A stretch of 64,000 nt of DNA from Vermamoeba vermiformis (taxonomy: Eukaryota). The translations under genes and the position numbers were made by a program. This document shows positions 62,736 through 64,000 of the stretch, in pieces. The notes beneath the pieces were generated by a model. The model had not been told where the DNA came from. It saw only the letters and a program-made list of their open reading frames with translations, and ran no database searches. Positions within the stretch are counted from its first letter, which is position 1; the number at the start of each line of letters is the position of its first letter. The stretch spans positions 186,001 through 250,000 of the forward strand of contig JBEWZL010000270.1 of the NCBI GenBank assembly GCA_045837725.1, in the 5' to 3' direction.

Positions 62736-64000
62736 TTACATTATGATAATCTTTTCGAATTCTTCTTCCATCTTGTTATTATTATTCATTATAGGGCGAA
62801 CGTAATCTATATTCGACTGTTGAATATTATCTGGCGGCAAAATCAAGATCTCGAGCAAGATCCTTGGAGGCAAATCCGGATTGTACTCGGTAAAGTAATC
62901 CATTTTGAATTCATCAGGATATTTAGCGGGATTATAGTAGCAGGATCCACCTACTACTATCCTATTGGTCGGATTCGTCCAATAATTTTCTTTTATGTCA
63001 ATTATCCTGTTCGAAAGCCATTCCGAAACTATCAAAAACGAGACTTGCGTTAGCGTCCTATATAAACTATATGAATTCCTAAGTACGTACTCGTATTCTC
63101 GACTTGGTCTAGTTTATGAATAGGACTTTGCAGCGGTTCCATAATAAGGCATGTCGAGCTGACCGAGAGTGGATCTGACGGATTCACCAAGGTCGCTAGA
63201 AGATTTTCGCCTTTTTCGAGGCACAACACGAAGTCTATTTCATCAGTGAAGATCTTATCGTCTGTATCGACAATGTATTTGTGGCTCTTGCGTAGTTTAA
63301 GTGAGTACGTGGAACTCGCAATAACGAATTGATCACTTGAAATTGCTGGTTCTCTTTGCGTGTTTTGAACCTCCTGAGAAAAGTAAGAGTTAAAAAAATG
63401 ATAGCTCGCTAATTTATTATTGAGAGTAGAGTGATGTAAAATGGGCCGGCTAGGAATTTTTTGGATCGGTCCGTAGACATCCGGACCCTAGGTAAACAGA
63501 TACTATGCAGGATTCGTATAATACTTACGCGACAAAAGTTGATAAAGTCATCGTTCATGAAATTAGCGCTAACTATAACGTGAAAAGGTCTCGTTGACGA
63601 ATAATTCATTTTGATCGCTGCTTCAATTTGGTCCAATACAAAAGGTATTTGAACTACTGGTTCTTTAATAACAGCTTTCAAATTTTTAACTAATAGCCAC
63701 TGCACTGCCGACAATAAATTGGTGATTGTTTTTGTTCGCTCGACATCATTTAATTTTTCGTATTTATCTGTTGTATTGTTGAATAAATCCGGTGATAGTT
63801 GCTTATGATTGCTAATAATGGTCTTAATAAGCTCTAATTTAATATCTTCCTCCACGCAATAGCAGCACTTCAAATTATCAATAGAAAAAAATTCCTCCCA
63901 CTCTTTTATCGATAGCAAGTTGATTACTTCACTATTCAAATGCCCTGCAAATATAAATTAATTAATTTAAGTTTAAATTAATCCGCTAACGAAGCTTTGC
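62736..64000 (-). CDS. Hypothetical multi-exon protein (5' end beyond window)
   Basis: Open exons around 63530-63945, 63090-63373 and 62736-63057 with GT-AG borders. No family recognised. Confidence 0.5.

Noticed and set aside
1-64000. Alternative genetic code or prokaryotic operons suggested by the many short ORFs
   Set aside because: ORF fragmentation is explained by GT-AG introns, conserved genes splice cleanly with standard stops, and most antisense ORFs shadow real exons.

Overview
Gene-dense, AT-rich eukaryotic DNA with many short GT-AG introns and the standard code. The gene content (RhoBTB/RacA-like genes, PhoD, virus-type ankyrins) suggests an amoebozoan-like protist, but the organism is an inference. 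About 22 mostly multi-exon genes were reconstructed by eye: three tandem large F-box-like paralogs around an LRR gene; a C2 + permuted NlpC/P60 gene; a Crinkler-like NTPase-REase gene bracketed by ~350-bp direct repeats; PhoD; a small SET protein; a LIN37-like gene; a MARK/AMPK-type kinase; an F-box ankyrin gene; an MBOAT; a PH protein; a four-gene Rho/RhoBTB array; an amino-acid transporter; a WD40 protein; an alpha-1,4-glycosyltransferase; an ankyrin protein; and SF3A3. The most unusual signals are (1) the ~5-kb CpG-depleted Crinkler-like cassette flanked by a duplicated host promoter, (2) a GC-rich, multi-hairpin, CCCGG-repeat element in the 851-nt SET-gene intron, (3) a Rho/RhoBTB array with degenerate GTPase motifs sharing one CAAX micro-exon, and (4) a concentration of diversifying ubiquitin-ligase adaptors. 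Exon boundaries and family calls come from manual motif reading, not database searches.
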